Shown: positions 41,810-52,660, numbered from the stretch's first letter. The stretch: 64,000 bases of DNA from an uncultured Gemmatimonadales bacterium (GCA_963701965.1 OY969695.1:576001-640000); one strand, 5' to 3'. A program made the numbers and translations. The notes: a model not told the origin generated them from the letters alone.

Positions 41810-42814
41810 GTGAGCGACGCCAACCTCTTCGCGCAGCAGGAGGCCAACCGGCGCCGCTCGTGGTGGGTGGTCGCGGCGTTCGTCGTGTTTTTCGCCTGGC
41901 TCGGATTCGGCGGCGATTGGATCTGGTATTTGGCCTCGCGCGGCGCGCCGCCGGCGCACCAGCATGTCTTCCCGTGGCTCGGCCTCGGGACCATCGTGCT
42001 GGCCCTCGGCATGACCGGGTGGGCGTGGCTCACGGGTCCGTCCGCCGTGCTGTGGTCGACCGGCGCCCGCCTGATCGAGCAACCGTCGACGCCCGAGGAG
42101 AAGCAGCTCGTCAACGTCGTGGAGGAGATGGCGATCGCGTCGGGCCTGCCCAAGCCCGCCGTCTACGTCGTCGACGACGCCGACCCCAACGCGTTCGCCA
42201 CCGGCCACGACCCGAAGTCCGCGAGTATCGCGGTCACGACCGGCCTGCTGGCCCTCTGCACGCGCGATGAGTTACAGGGCGTCGTGGCGCACGAGATGGG
42301 ACACGTGCGCAATCTCGACATCCGCCTCATGACCATGCTCGCCGCCCTGGTCGGGGTCGTGGCCCTCGTGTCCAACGGCGCTTGGCGATTCATGCCCTGG
42401 GGCGGGTCGCGCGACAGCGACGAGGAGAAAGGCTCCAACAGCGCCCTGGTCGTCATTCTGTTCGCCGTCTGGGTCGTGAGTTGGATGCTGGCGCCGCTCG
42501 TCACCCGGCTCCTCGCCCTGGCCGTGAGCCGCGACCGGGAATATCTGGCCGACGCCTCCGGCGCGCAGTTCACCCGGAACCCCGCGGCGCTCGCGTCGGC
42601 GCTCGACAAGATCGCACACACCAACGCGCCGTCCACGGTCATCAAAGGGGGCGCCGCCCATCTTTGCATCGCGGATCCTTTGGGGCGCGCCGTCTCGTCC
42701 CGGGAAGGCAAGCTCGCCGACCTCCTGGCCACGCACCCTCCCATGCCCATTCGGATCGCCCGCCTCAAGGCCATGGCGTACCGCGCCGCTACCGCAGAAC
42801 CCGCGGCGTCCTGA
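41810..42814 (+). CDS. htpX: HtpX-like M48 zinc metalloprotease
   Basis: PNAFATG, AHEMGH, SRDREYLAD, ATHPP. Follows lemA. Confidence 0.9.
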   Translation: MSDANLFAQQEANRRRSWWVVAAFVVFFAWLGFGGDWIWYLASRGAPPAHQHVFPWLGLGTIVLALGMTGWAWLTGPSAVLWSTGARLIEQPSTPEEKQLVNVVEEMAIASGLPKPAVYVVDDADPNAFATGHDPKSASIAVTTGLLALCTRDELQGVVAHEMGHVRNLDIRLMTMLAALVGVVALVSNGAWRFMPWGGSRDSDEEKGSNSALVVILFAVWVVSWMLAPLVTRLLALAVSRDREYLADASGAQFTRNPAALASALDKIAHTNAPSTVIKGGAAHLCIADPLGRAVSSREGKLADLLATHPPMPIRIARLKAMAYRAATAEPAAS

Positions 42815-43493
42815 GGGCCCCGAGATCCCGCGCCCACTCGGCCGCGTGCAGCAGGGCGTCGAGCGCCGCCGAACGCGGGACGCGGATCTCGGTGCGTAGC
42901 ACCAACGGCGTACCCGGCGAATAGCGGATCACGACATTGGCGTGGGCGCGCTGGGGCGCGATGTACTGCTCCGTATCCGGCGCCCGCCGCCGGAGGTGCT
43001 GCGCGACCTCGTCCGGCGTGTAGCCGCGCTTGGCGATGTCCCGGGCGATTTTCCATTGCACGCGCAGCGCCGGATCGGGATCGAGAAACACCGACAGATC
43101 GAACGCGGCGCGTAACGCCGGGGTGTGGAGACCCAGGAGACCGCGGACCACCACGACGTCGCGCGGCACTACGCGTTCGTCGGGCGCGAAAGTCCCGTTC
43201 GTGTGATCGTAGACGGGCTTCTCGATAGCGGCCCCCGCGCGCAACGCGTGGAGATGCTCGGCCATGAGATCGAGCCGATTGCACTCGGGAGAGAGGGCGG
43301 TCAGGTCCAACCGCATCCGCTCCGCGCGATCGTACTTGTGATAGTCGTCGAGGCAGATCGCGGTCACCCGGTCCGGTCCCAGGCACTGGGCCAGTGATGC
43401 CGACAGCGTCGTCTTGCCGGAGCCCGAATCGCCGATCACGCCAATGAGCAGAGGACTAGTTTTGTCGCCATGCCGCTTGCCGCCATGTCCCAT
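42789..43493 (-). CDS. Phosphoribulokinase-like kinase (PRK/uridine kinase superfamily), C-terminally short; start uncertain
   Basis: IGVIGDSGSGKTT, ICLDDYH..DR, TALSP..N, KPVYDH..G, WKIARD..KRG, YIAPQR. Confidence 0.8.
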   Translation of the reverse strand: MGHGGKRHGDKTSPLLIGVIGDSGSGKTTLSASLAQCLGPDRVTAICLDDYHKYDRAERMRLDLTALSPECNRLDLMAEHLHALRAGAAIEKPVYDHTNGTFAPDERVVPRDVVVVRGLLGLHTPALRAAFDLSVFLDPDPALRVQWKIARDIAKRGYTPDEVAQHLRRRAPDTEQYIAPQRAHANVVIRYSPGTPLVLRTEIRVPRSAALDALLHAAEWARDLGALRTPRVLR

Positions 43494-46334
43494 CGCACGC
43501 TCGTCGCGTTGTGTTGCTGTGTGCCCGCGGTCCTCACCGCGCAATCCGTCGTGCGTCCCGCCCAACGATGGGAGACGGTACGAACCGAGCATTTCACGGT
43601 CCACTTCCCCGCGTCGTCGCGCGAGTGGACGCTGGAGATGGTCCGCCGGCTGGAATCCGTCCGCACCGCCGTCGATCGCGCCGTCGGCAATAGCCCGACG
43701 CGTCCGGTCACTATCGTGATCGACGACCCCTATAGCGACGCCAACGGATTCGCGCTCCCGTTTCTCGATGCGCCCATTATCGTCCTGTTCGCCGCACCGC
43801 CCAGCCCCGACGCCGACATCGGCACGTTTCGCGATTGGGGTCCGACGCTGATCACGCACGAGTATACGCACATTGCGCACCTGACGCGCCCCAGCCGCAA
43901 CGCCTGGGAGCGTATCCTGGCGCGGCTGGGTCCCGCCGACTTGAGCCCGATCGCGGCGCGCACGCCCCGCTGGGTCATCGAGGGATACGCGACGCTCGTC
44001 GAGGGCCGGCTCACCGGCAGCGGACGGCCCAACAGCGCCACCCGGGCCGCGGTCATCCGCTCGCTGGCGGTCGAGGGCCGGTTGCCGACGTATTGGGCGC
44101 TGAATGGGTCCGGCGTGTTCGAGGGCGGCTCGATGGCCTACCTCACCGGATCCGCCTTTTTGGAATGGCTCGCGGCCAAGCACGGGGACTCGACGCTGCC
44201 GCATCTCTGGCGCCGCCTCACGGCGCGCCGGCCCCGCACGTTCGACGAAGCGTTTGCCGGCGTGTACGGATCGCGCCCCGAAGATCTCTATGGCCGCTTC
44301 ACGGCCGAGGTGACGGGCAAAGCGCTGGCCGCGGTCGGTGCGCTGAACGCGACGGGCATCGACACGGGCGAGACCGTGGACCGGCTGACGTGGTATACCG
44401 GCGATCCGGCGGTCTCGCGCAACGGGCGGCTCCTGGCCGTACCCGAACGCGCGCGCGGCCGTGCCACGCGCATCGTCGTGTCGACGACCGCGCCGTCGCC
44501 GCACGCCGATTCCGCGGTCGCGCGGGCGCGCCGCGCGCTGCTGGCGCGCGACCCGGAAGATGTCCCGGCGATCGACTCCGGACCGCCGCGGCGCCGCGTG
44601 CTGGCGCAGCTGGTGTCGCGGCTCGGACGCGGCTACGACGAACCGCGGTTCATCGGATCAGACTCGACGTCCGGGGTGCTGCTCTCCCGCCTGGAGCCGC
44701 GACCCGACGGGGCGCTCCGGCGGGATCTTTTTCTGTGGTCGCTGCATACCGGCGCGGTGCGCCGCGTGACCCACGGCGCCGGCGTGCATTCCGCTGATCC
44801 GGCGCCCGATGGCCGCTCGGCCGTCGCCGTGCGCTGCCACGACGGCGTGTGCGACCTGGTCTCCGTCGGGATGACCGACGGCACGGTGCGCGTGCTGCGC
44901 CGGGGATCGATCGACACGACCTATGATCACCCGCGACTGGCGCGCGATGGACGCACGATAGTCGTGGCCGCGCACGACCGCAGCCACTGGCGCGTCGCAT
45001 TGATTGGCGACTCCACCCGTTGGCTGGGACCGGCCGACGGCGCGAATCGCTACGATCCCGTCTGGACGTCCAATGGCCAATCGGTCGTCGTGGTCTCGGA
45101 CGCGGGGGGCGTCGAGCACCTGGAGGTGATCGACGTCGCGTCGGGCACGATTCGCATGTTGGCCGCCGAGCCCGGGGTCATCGCGGCGCCGGACGCCGGA
45201 GATTCCGTCGTCTACTTCCTCACGACCCACGCGAATGGCCGTGCGTTGCAGCGCGTGCGCCTCTCGGCGGCGCGCGACATGGCGCCGCCGATCCTCAAGG
45301 ACAGTTTGTTTCCCGTCGCCCTTCCAACGCCGCTAGCGGCCGACTCGTACGCGGTCGCACCCGCTCCGCCGGTCCGCCCCTACGGTCTTGGGCCCCGGGG
45401 CTATCGCATCCTCCCCGGTGGCGCCATTGCCACCGACGGGCGGTTTGCCACCCTCGCGCTCGCGAGCGCTGATCCAGCCGGCCGCCTGGGCTGGATGCTG
45501 AACGGCGCCCTCGGCGACCCCGCTGCGTGGCGCGGCGCGGCACTCTCGGGTGTTTGGCGCGGCTGGCCCGTCGCCCTCGACGCCCAGATCTTCGGCGTGT
45601 GGGACACGCCGTCCCGGCAAAGCGCCGGAACGTTCGCGACGCCTGCGCTGGATCTCGAGTACCACGGACTCGCCGTCGGCGCGACGCTGCCGTGGGTCTC
45701 GAGCTGGCACGCGGAAAGCTACCGTCTCGGATTTTCCACGGGGCGTCTCAACGGCGACGACCGCACACTGGGATTCGCGCGGGCATCGACGAACGTGGAT
45801 CTCACCAGAGATGACATCTTCGCCGGCGTCTCCCTCGCCGCGTCCGGCGACGTCGGCCACACCGACGGCGCGGGCTGGCAACGCGCCACCGGCGCCGCGG
45901 CCGCCCATGTCGGGACGCGCGCGTTGGAGATAGCGGGGACCTTCATGGGAGGGGCGACGAGCAGCGGCGCTCCGGTGTTCGAACAGTTCGCCGTGGGCGG
46001 CATCGAGACGCCGATCACCGATCCCGCGCTGCTCGACCAACGCATCGCGTCCCCCGCCCTGCCGCTCGGCATCGCGGGCGGACGGTACCTGCTGCACTAT
46101 CGCGCCGCACTCGACGGCGTCGTCCCGGTGTCGGTGTATTTCGAGGGCACGGCGGCGGGCGACGCACTGCACACCTGGCATCGGCTGTATGGGGCCGAGT
46201 GGCGGTTCGCCGTGCCGCCACTCGGGTTCGTACGCCTGCCAGCCGTCGAGGCGACGGCTGGCGCGGGCTACTCGATCGACGAGCCCTTCAAATACAAGCT
46301 CCGCGGATATCTCGCCCTGCGATTCGCGCCCTGA
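43470..46334 (+). CDS. Secreted or outer-membrane protein: HExxH peptidase-like domain, PD40/TolB-like propeller, probable C-terminal beta-barrel
   Basis: Signal peptide, HEYTH...PRWVIEG, propeller repeats (DPAVSRNG, PAPDG, DPVWTSNG), amphipathic beta strands ending YLALRF. Confidence 0.75.
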   Translation: MPLAAMSHRTLVALCCCVPAVLTAQSVVRPAQRWETVRTEHFTVHFPASSREWTLEMVRRLESVRTAVDRAVGNSPTRPVTIVIDDPYSDANGFALPFLDAPIIVLFAAPPSPDADIGTFRDWGPTLITHEYTHIAHLTRPSRNAWERILARLGPADLSPIAARTPRWVIEGYATLVEGRLTGSGRPNSATRAAVIRSLAVEGRLPTYWALNGSGVFEGGSMAYLTGSAFLEWLAAKHGDSTLPHLWRRLTARRPRTFDEAFAGVYGSRPEDLYGRFTAEVTGKALAAVGALNATGIDTGETVDRLTWYTGDPAVSRNGRLLAVPERARGRATRIVVSTTAPSPHADSAVARARRALLARDPEDVPAIDSGPPRRRVLAQLVSRLGRGYDEPRFIGSDSTSGVLLSRLEPRPDGALRRDLFLWSLHTGAVRRVTHGAGVHSADPAPDGRSAVAVRCHDGVCDLVSVGMTDGTVRVLRRGSIDTTYDHPRLARDGRTIVVAAHDRSHWRVALIGDSTRWLGPADGANRYDPVWTSNGQSVVVVSDAGGVEHLEVIDVASGTIRMLAAEPGVIAAPDAGDSVVYFLTTHANGRALQRVRLSAARDMAPPILKDSLFPVALPTPLAADSYAVAPAPPVRPYGLGPRGYRILPGGAIATDGRFATLALASADPAGRLGWMLNGALGDPAAWRGAALSGVWRGWPVALDAQIFGVWDTPSRQSAGTFATPALDLEYHGLAVGATLPWVSSWHAESYRLGFSTGRLNGDDRTLGFARASTNVDLTRDDIFAGVSLAASGDVGHTDGAGWQRATGAAAAHVGTRALEIAGTFMGGATSSGAPVFEQFAVGGIETPITDPALLDQRIASPALPLGIAGGRYLLHYRAALDGVVPVSVYFEGTAAGDALHTWHRLYGAEWRFAVPPLGFVRLPAVEATAGAGYSIDEPFKYKLRGYLALRFAP

Positions 46335-46338
46335 TGGT

Positions 46339-47685
46339 TTAGCGCGCGAGCGCGACCTTCGCCTTGCCCGCGGGCTTGGCCGCCCGCGACGGGGTGTCGT
46401 GAAACTGTTCCTGTTCGGTCGATCCCGCGAGCGCGCCGGTCGACGCCGTGCCGCCAGTGACCGTGTGCAGAATGAGATCGAAGTAGCCGGTCCCCGCCTC
46501 GCGCTGGTGCTTGGTCGCGGTATATCCGTCCCGCTCGCGCTCGAACTCGCGCTCCTGCACGCGCACGTACGCGCTCATGCCTTCGTCGCGATAGGCCGAG
46601 GCCAGCTCGAACGTCTCGAGATTGATGAGGTGCCAGCCGGCCAGCGTGATGAACTGGAACTTGTACCCCATGTCGGCGAGCGACCGCTGGAATGAGGCGA
46701 TCGTGTTGGCGTCCAAGTGCCGCTGCCAGTTGAACGACGGCGAGCAATTGTAGGCCAGGAGCTTGCCGGGGAACTTGGCGTGCACGCCCTCCGCGAAATG
46801 GCGCGCCTCTTCGAGGTCGGGAGTCGACGTCTCACACCACAGCATGTCGACGTACGGCGCGTAGGCGACGGCCCGGGCGATGGCGCTCTCGATGGACCCG
46901 CGTACGTTGTAGTACCCCTCTGCGGTGCGCTCGCCGGTCATGAATGGCGTGTCGCGCGAATCGATGTCGCTGGTCAGGAGCGTGGCCGACAACGCATCGG
47001 TCCGGGCAATCAGCACGGTGGGGATGCCCAGCACGTCGGCGGCGAGCCGGGCCGCGCTCAGCGTGCGGATGAATTGCGAGACGGGGACGAGCACTTTGCC
47101 ACCCATGTGACCGCACTTCTTCTCCGAGGCCAGCTGATCCTCGAAGTGCACGCCCGCGGCCCCGGCCTCGATCATGGACTTCGTGAGCTCGAACGCGTGA
47201 ATCGGTCCCCCGAAACCGGCCTCCGCATCGGCGACGATCGGCACCAGCCAATCCCGCTCCTGGCGCTCGTTCTCCGTCCACTCGATCTGATCAGCGCGCG
47301 ACAGCGCGTTGTTCAAACGGCGCACGAGCGTGGGCACGCTGTTCGACGGATAGAGCGACTGGTCGGGATACGTCTGCGCGGCGAGGTTGGCGTCGGCCGC
47401 CACCTGCCAGCCGCTGAGATAGATCGCCTGGAGCCCGGCCTTCACCATCTGCACCGCCTGCGTGCCGGTGAGCGCGCCAAACGTGTGCACATAGTCGCCC
47501 GACGTCAGCATCGCCCACAGCTTCTCCGCGCCGTGCCGGGCCAACGTCTGTTCGACCAACAGCGATCCGCGCAGCCGCACGACGTCCTCGGCCGTGTAAT
47601 CGCGACGGATCCCCTGCCACCGGGGATCCGTATCCCACTGACGTTGAAGCGCAGCAACCTGCACATCGAATGCGATGCGGCTCAT
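46339..47685 (-). CDS. aceA: Isocitrate lyase
   Basis: [34 protein letters not shown]. Confidence 0.98.
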   Translation of the reverse strand: MSRIAFDVQVAALQRQWDTDPRWQGIRRDYTAEDVVRLRGSLLVEQTLARHGAEKLWAMLTSGDYVHTFGALTGTQAVQMVKAGLQAIYLSGWQVAADANLAAQTYPDQSLYPSNSVPTLVRRLNNALSRADQIEWTENERQERDWLVPIVADAEAGFGGPIHAFELTKSMIEAGAAGVHFEDQLASEKKCGHMGGKVLVPVSQFIRTLSAARLAADVLGIPTVLIARTDALSATLLTSDIDSRDTPFMTGERTAEGYYNVRGSIESAIARAVAYAPYVDMLWCETSTPDLEEARHFAEGVHAKFPGKLLAYNCSPSFNWQRHLDANTIASFQRSLADMGYKFQFITLAGWHLINLETFELASAYRDEGMSAYVRVQEREFERERDGYTATKHQREAGTGYFDLILHTVTGGTASTGALAGSTEQEQFHDTPSRAAKPAGKAKVALAR

Positions 47686-47734
47686 CCACTACTCCTGATG
47701 TGATTTATTTTTTTTGCGAGAGCAACTTGAGCAG

Positions 47735-47750
47735 TGCAATGGTCGTGCCT
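47735..47750 (-). promoter_or_regulatory. Putative sigma54 (-24/-12) promoter of aceA
   Basis: AGGCACGACCATTGCA matches TGGCAC-N5-TTGCW except for the first base, about 50 nt before the ATG. Confidence 0.65.
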
Positions 47751-47854
47751 CGCTCGTACCCTGCACCGGACGGGCAAATTAACCGCTCAAGCCCGCGCGC
47801 TGTAGCGCGCGTACGACGTGGTGTCGCGTCTCGTAATAGAGTTCGTGACTTGGA

Positions 47855-48226
47855 TCACTTATCGCAAACGGGAACCGCTTCCTGCCCCGTGAGCCCCAGC
47901 GATTGCGTGCGCGGCGCCGGCACATTGCCGACGAAGATCACGCAGCTCTTACCGGGCGCCGCCGCTGTCGCGGCCGAGGCGGACCATCCCGTCGCCGTCG
48001 CCTGTCCGACGGAAACGGTTACACCCGGCGAGGGCTTGAATCCGGGTATCGCGCCGAGATCGCTGGCGTAGCGTTTGTTCTTCGCGTGGTAGACCTCGTT
48101 CTGACTCACGAGCCGCCGCAAATCCGCCTTGGCCGCGGCCAAAGGGTCCTGGGCCGCGGCGCGTTTCGCGAACCCGGTCATCGCCAACGCGCAACCACAC
48201 CACAACAGTCGACGAGCTGTTCGCAT
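47855..48226 (-). CDS. Secreted protein resembling a type IV pilin head domain
   Basis: Sec signal ending AAA-Q, KADLRRLVSQNEVYH helix, beta meander, C-terminal Cys pair. Confidence 0.6.
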   Translation of the reverse strand: MRTARRLLWCGCALAMTGFAKRAAAQDPLAAAKADLRRLVSQNEVYHAKNKRYASDLGAIPGFKPSPGVTVSVGQATATGWSASAATAAAPGKSCVIFVGNVPAPRTQSLGLTGQEAVPVCDK

Positions 48227-48290
48227 TCGCGCCTCCTGAGCACGATACTTGTGTCCTCTGACGGAGTATAATGGCAATGCCGACCACAGC

Positions 48291-50211
48291 ATGACCCCTC
48301 AGTATTCCACGGCAGAAGTTCCCGCCTTCGGTTCACCGTCTCCCAACGGCACCGGCGCGGCGTCCGACCCGACGTGGCGCGATCGCATGGCCGCGCTCCG
48401 CTACGTCCCCCAGCTGATCAAGTTGATCTGGGACACGGGGCCGTTGCTCTCCGTGCTCATGGTGCTCCTGCGGGCCGCCCGGTCGCTCACGCCGATCCTC
48501 GAGCTAGCCATCGGCCGCATGATCGTCGACACGGTCATCGCCTCGCGCCTCCACGGCGCCGACTGGCCCCGCCTGGTGCACCTCTTTCTGTTCGGCATCC
48601 TGGTCGCGGTCACCAGCGACCTGCTGGCGCGCGGGTCGATCCTGATCGAAAGCCTCATGGGGGACCTGTTCGCCAACAAGACGAGCGTGCGCATCATGGA
48701 GCACGCGTCGATCCTCGACCTGGCGCAGTTCGAGAACCCGGAGTTCTACGACCTCCTGGAGCGCGCCCGCCGCGAATCGCAGGGCCGCATCAGCCTGTTC
48801 TCCCAGGTCCTGGCCATGTCGCAGGATTTGATCACGCTCATCAGCCTGAGCGCGGCCATGATCGTCTTCAACCCCTGGCTCCTCCTGCTCCTGGCCGGCG
48901 CCGTCCTGCCCAGCTTCATCGGCGAGACCCATTTCGCTGGACTGGGATATTCCCTGCTCTTCAAGTGGACACCGCAACGCCGGCTCCTCGAGTACCTCCG
49001 CTTCGTGGGCGCCAGCGACCGCACGGCCAAAGAAGTACAGATGTTCGGCCTCGCGCCCTGGCTCACCGAGCGGTACCGGGTCCTGGCGCACCAGTTCTAC
49101 GAAGAGAACCGGTCCCTCTCCCAGCGCCGGGCCATGGTCAGCGCCAGCCTGTCTCTGCTGGGGACGTTCGGCTACTACGCCGCCTATGGGCTCATTCTCT
49201 ACGACACGGTCCGCGGCGCGGTGACGATCGGCACCATGACATTTCTGGCGGCGTCGTTCTCCCAGAGCCGCGATATCATCCAGCGGCTCATGCTGTCCGC
49301 GACCGAGGTCTACCAACAGATGCTCTATCTGAAGGACCTCTTTCGCTTCTTCGAGATCAAGCCGACCATCACGAACCCGGCCGAACCCAAACCGGTCCCG
49401 CGTCCGATGCGGACGGGGTTCGTGTTCGAGGATGTCGGGTTCCAGTATCCGGGGAGCGAGCGGTGGGCGGTCCGGCACATCAACCTGGTGCTCAGTCCGG
49501 GAGAGCGCATTGCGCTCGTCGGGGAGAACGGCGCCGGCAAGACAACGCTCACCAAGCTCTTCGCCCGCCTCTACGATCCGACCGAAGGCCGCGTGCTGCT
49601 CGACGGTGTGGATCTCCGGGAATACGATCTCGTCCAGCTGCGCCATGCCATCGGCGTCATCTTTCAGGATTTCGTGCGGTACGACATGCGTTTCGACGAG
49701 AACATCGGCGTCGGGAAGATCGACGAGAGCGCGTCGTACTTGAAGGAGGTCACGGACGCCACCAATGGCGCCACCCCAGCGGTTCCCGAGCCGATCGTCT
49801 CGGCCGCCCGGGACTCGCTCGCCGATACGCTCCTCCCCCGCCTGCCCCATGGGTACGCCCGAGATGCTGGGTCGCCGGTTCGAGGAGGGCGTGGATCTCT
49901 CCGGCGGAGAGTGGCAGAAGATCGCGCTGGCCCGCGCCTATCTCCGGGACGCGCAACTCCTCATTCTCGACGAGCCCACGGCCGCGCTCAATGCCCGCGC
50001 CGAGTTCGAGGTCTTCGAGCGCTTCTCCGAGCTGACGCGCGGGCGCGCCGCCGTGCTGATCTCGCATCGCTTCTCGACGGTCCGCATGGCCGACCGGATT
50101 CTGGTGCTCAAGCAGGCACACCTGATCGAGCAAGGCACCCACGAGGAGCTCTTGCAGCAGGGCGGCCTCTACGCCGAGCTGTTCGCGATGCAGGCCGCCG
50201 GCTATAGGTGA
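48291..50211 (+). CDS. ABC transporter permease/ATPase; +1 frameshift at about 49858
   Basis: TMD, GENGAGKTT. LSGGEWQK, ILDEPT and ISHR lie in the second frame. TATAAT at 48267. Confidence 0.9.
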
Positions 50212-52167
50212 TACACGGCCGCGTACAGATCGCGGCCCCGGATGATCGCCCGCACGTAGTCGCGCGTCTCGGCGAACGGAATGCGCTCCACGAACACCTC
50301 GGGATCGTCGGTGCCACGACGCGTGCTCCAGAGCGCGACGCGCGACGGGCCGGCGTTATAGGCGGCGAGTCCTCGCGCCAGCACGCCATGCTGTTCGGAC
50401 AGAAAGCCCGCCAGGTGTGCCACGCCGAGCACCAGGTTCGTGTCGGGCTGGTCGAGCATCGCCGGGTCCCAGCCGGTGACGTTGCGGCGGCGCGCGATCT
50501 CGCGGCCCACCGCCGGCATCACTTGCATGAGACCGCGCGCGCCCACCGGAGACACGGCGTTGGCGGTGAAGTTCGATTCCTGCCGGATGACGGCGGCGAC
50601 CAAGGCTGGATCCAGCGACGCGGCGCGAGACTCGGTCGTGAGACGGTCGGCATACAGCAACGGGTACAACAGGCGGTAGACGCGCGCGTCGGCGCGGGCG
50701 CTGTCGCCGCGGGCGAGGGCGCGCCAGCCGAGCGCGATGCCGCGGGACGGATCGCCGGCGCGGGCCAAAGCGGCGCCGAGGCCGAGCAGTTCGGCCAACG
50801 TGCCGGTGGTGGGGCGCGCCACGCGATCGGCCTCGAAGCGCGCCTCGACGTCCATCCCCAGGCTGGTCAGCAGCATCGCGCGACCCAGAGCGCTGTCGAT
50901 CGCGGCGCCCACGGGCGGCGGCACGGTGTCGGCGCCCATGCGCGGCGTCACCGGCGCGCCATCGAGCCGCTGTCCGCTGAGTCCCGCATAGTACGAGAGC
51001 GGTTCGCCGGCGATGATCGCGCGCCAGCGCGTCCGCGCCGCGGTCGTGTCGCCGGCCGCCATCCACGCGCGCGCGCTCCAGTACTTGGCCGCCACCGCCT
51101 CATCCGACCGTCCGTCGCCGGTGAACGCATCCCACTCCCGCGCGGCGACGCGGAGGCGGCCGGCGACGAACGCGATCATGGCCGCGCGGAACCGCGCGCG
51201 GGCGGCGTGGAGAGACGCAGGGAAATGGCGCGTGACCGTGAGGTACGCGTCACGGGCCGCGTCATCGTGTCCCTCGTCCGTGGCCAGGTCGGCGAGCAGC
51301 ATGAGCGCGCTCGCCGACGCCGTGTCGCGTGGGGCCGTGCGCAGTAACGCGCGGAGCACTTTTCGCGCGCCGGTCTTGTCCCCGCTGGCGACGAGCACGC
51401 GTCCGCGCTGATAGGCCGCGGCGTGGGCAAGGGCCGGGATAGTGGTGATGCGCGCGAACTGGCGCGCGGCGTCCGCCTCGCGGCGGACGCGGGCCAGAGC
51501 CATCGCGTAGGCGAAGCGTTCGTCGGGCGTCAAACGGCCTGCCGAGTCGAGGCGCGCGAAGCCCTGGGCGGCACGGGTAGCGGGGCCTGATATCGCGGCG
51601 CTCCTAGCGGCGGCGCGCTCCGCGTCGAGCGGCAGCGGCGCGCACACCCGATCGCCGATATCAATGGCGGCACGGGCATCGGGTCCGCCACTGTGCGCGA
51701 CGACGAATTGTTCCACGTCGGCGCACAACGCCCGTCGCGCCGTACTGTCGGTGCCGAGGGACGCGGCTCGCGCCTGCAACGCATCGGCGTGGGCCCCGAG
51801 CGAATCGTACGCGCGGGCTGCGCCCGCGGCGTCGCCCGTGCGTTCGCGCGCCAGCGCCTCGGTCCACGGAATGCGGGCGCGAGCGACTGTAGTGCGAACC
51901 GCGGAGTAGTCTCGGGAGCGTACCGCCGAATCCGGCGTCACGCCGGCGGCCCGCAGCCAGAGCCAGTCCGAGAATGGTCGGGAGCAGCGCGGCGGCGGCC
52001 TCGTAGCCCGCGCGGGCGCTGTCCAGCGCATTGGCGCGGTCGAAGGCGCGGGAAGCGAATACCAGCGATGCAGCGGGGGTCCGCACCGGTTCAGGCACGG
52101 ACTGGGCGGCAATACAAAAGACCGGCGCGACAGTGGCTAGCGCGATCGCTCGCGCCAGGTGGGACAA
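50202..52167 (-). CDS. Soluble lytic transglycosylase (Slt70-like, helical repeats plus SLT domain); +1 frameshift at about 51973
   Basis: IRQES, GARGLMQ, AAYNAG, ETRDYV. The signal peptide is in the upstream frame. Confidence 0.88.
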
Positions 52168-52169
52168 GA

Positions 52170-52391
52170 TCAGGCTTTGTGTCGGTACGTGATGCGGCCG
52201 CGGGTCAGGTCGTAAGGAGAGACTTCGATCTTGACGCGATCGCCCGCCAACACGCGGATGCGGAAACGGCGCATGTTGCCGCCAAGTGTGGTCAGGACGT
52301 CGTGACCATTGTCCATCACGACTCGGAACGTCGCGTTCGGCAAGACTTCGGCCACGGTGCCTTCGAGCTCGATCGCTTCCTGTTTCGCCAT
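52170..52391 (-). CDS. infA: Translation initiation factor IF-1
   Basis: [19 protein letters not shown]...[21 protein letters not shown]. Confidence 0.98.
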   Translation of the reverse strand: MAKQEAIELEGTVAEVLPNATFRVVMDNGHDVLTTLGGNMRRFRIRVLAGDRVKIEVSPYDLTRGRITYRHKA

Positions 52392-52515
52392 AGAGTAGGG
52401 GTGTGTGGTATATGGTGCTGATGTGGGCAGTCAGATAGATCTGAAGGCTAACCGAACCAGGTCCAAGCCGCAACGTAACCCCTTGTCAGATCACGCTAAT
52501 CGATATATTACGTCA

Positions 52516-52660
52516 TGCCCACCTCTATGCGAACCCACACACGAGGAGGTGATCCTTTGTCTACTGACCATCTGGCGGATCGGATCGCCGGACACTGCTA
52601 GGCGGCCCGAACCGTCTGGTCTGAAATCGCTGAGCCTGGGCGCGATCCGCGCCCAGGCTC
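52516..52660 (+). ncRNA. Candidate small structured RNA or leader-peptide transcript (14-aa ORF 52557..52601)
   Basis: TTGTCA/TATATT promoter-like elements, 12-nt extended SD, long hairpin 52566-52621, terminal hairpin. Confidence 0.4.
52632..52660. terminator. Perfect 13-bp GC hairpin, probable terminator between convergent units
   Basis: GAGCCTGGGCGCG-ATC-CGCGCCCAGGCTC. No strong U-tract. Confidence 0.6.

Noticed and set aside
42789..43493. Evidence for autotrophy via the Calvin cycle
   Set aside because: A single truncated PRK-like gene with an altered motif and no RuBisCO in the window is not enough.
52544..52555. 16S rRNA gene fragment
   Set aside because: Only 12 nt match and the flanks do not resemble rRNA. 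It is better explained as an extended SD.
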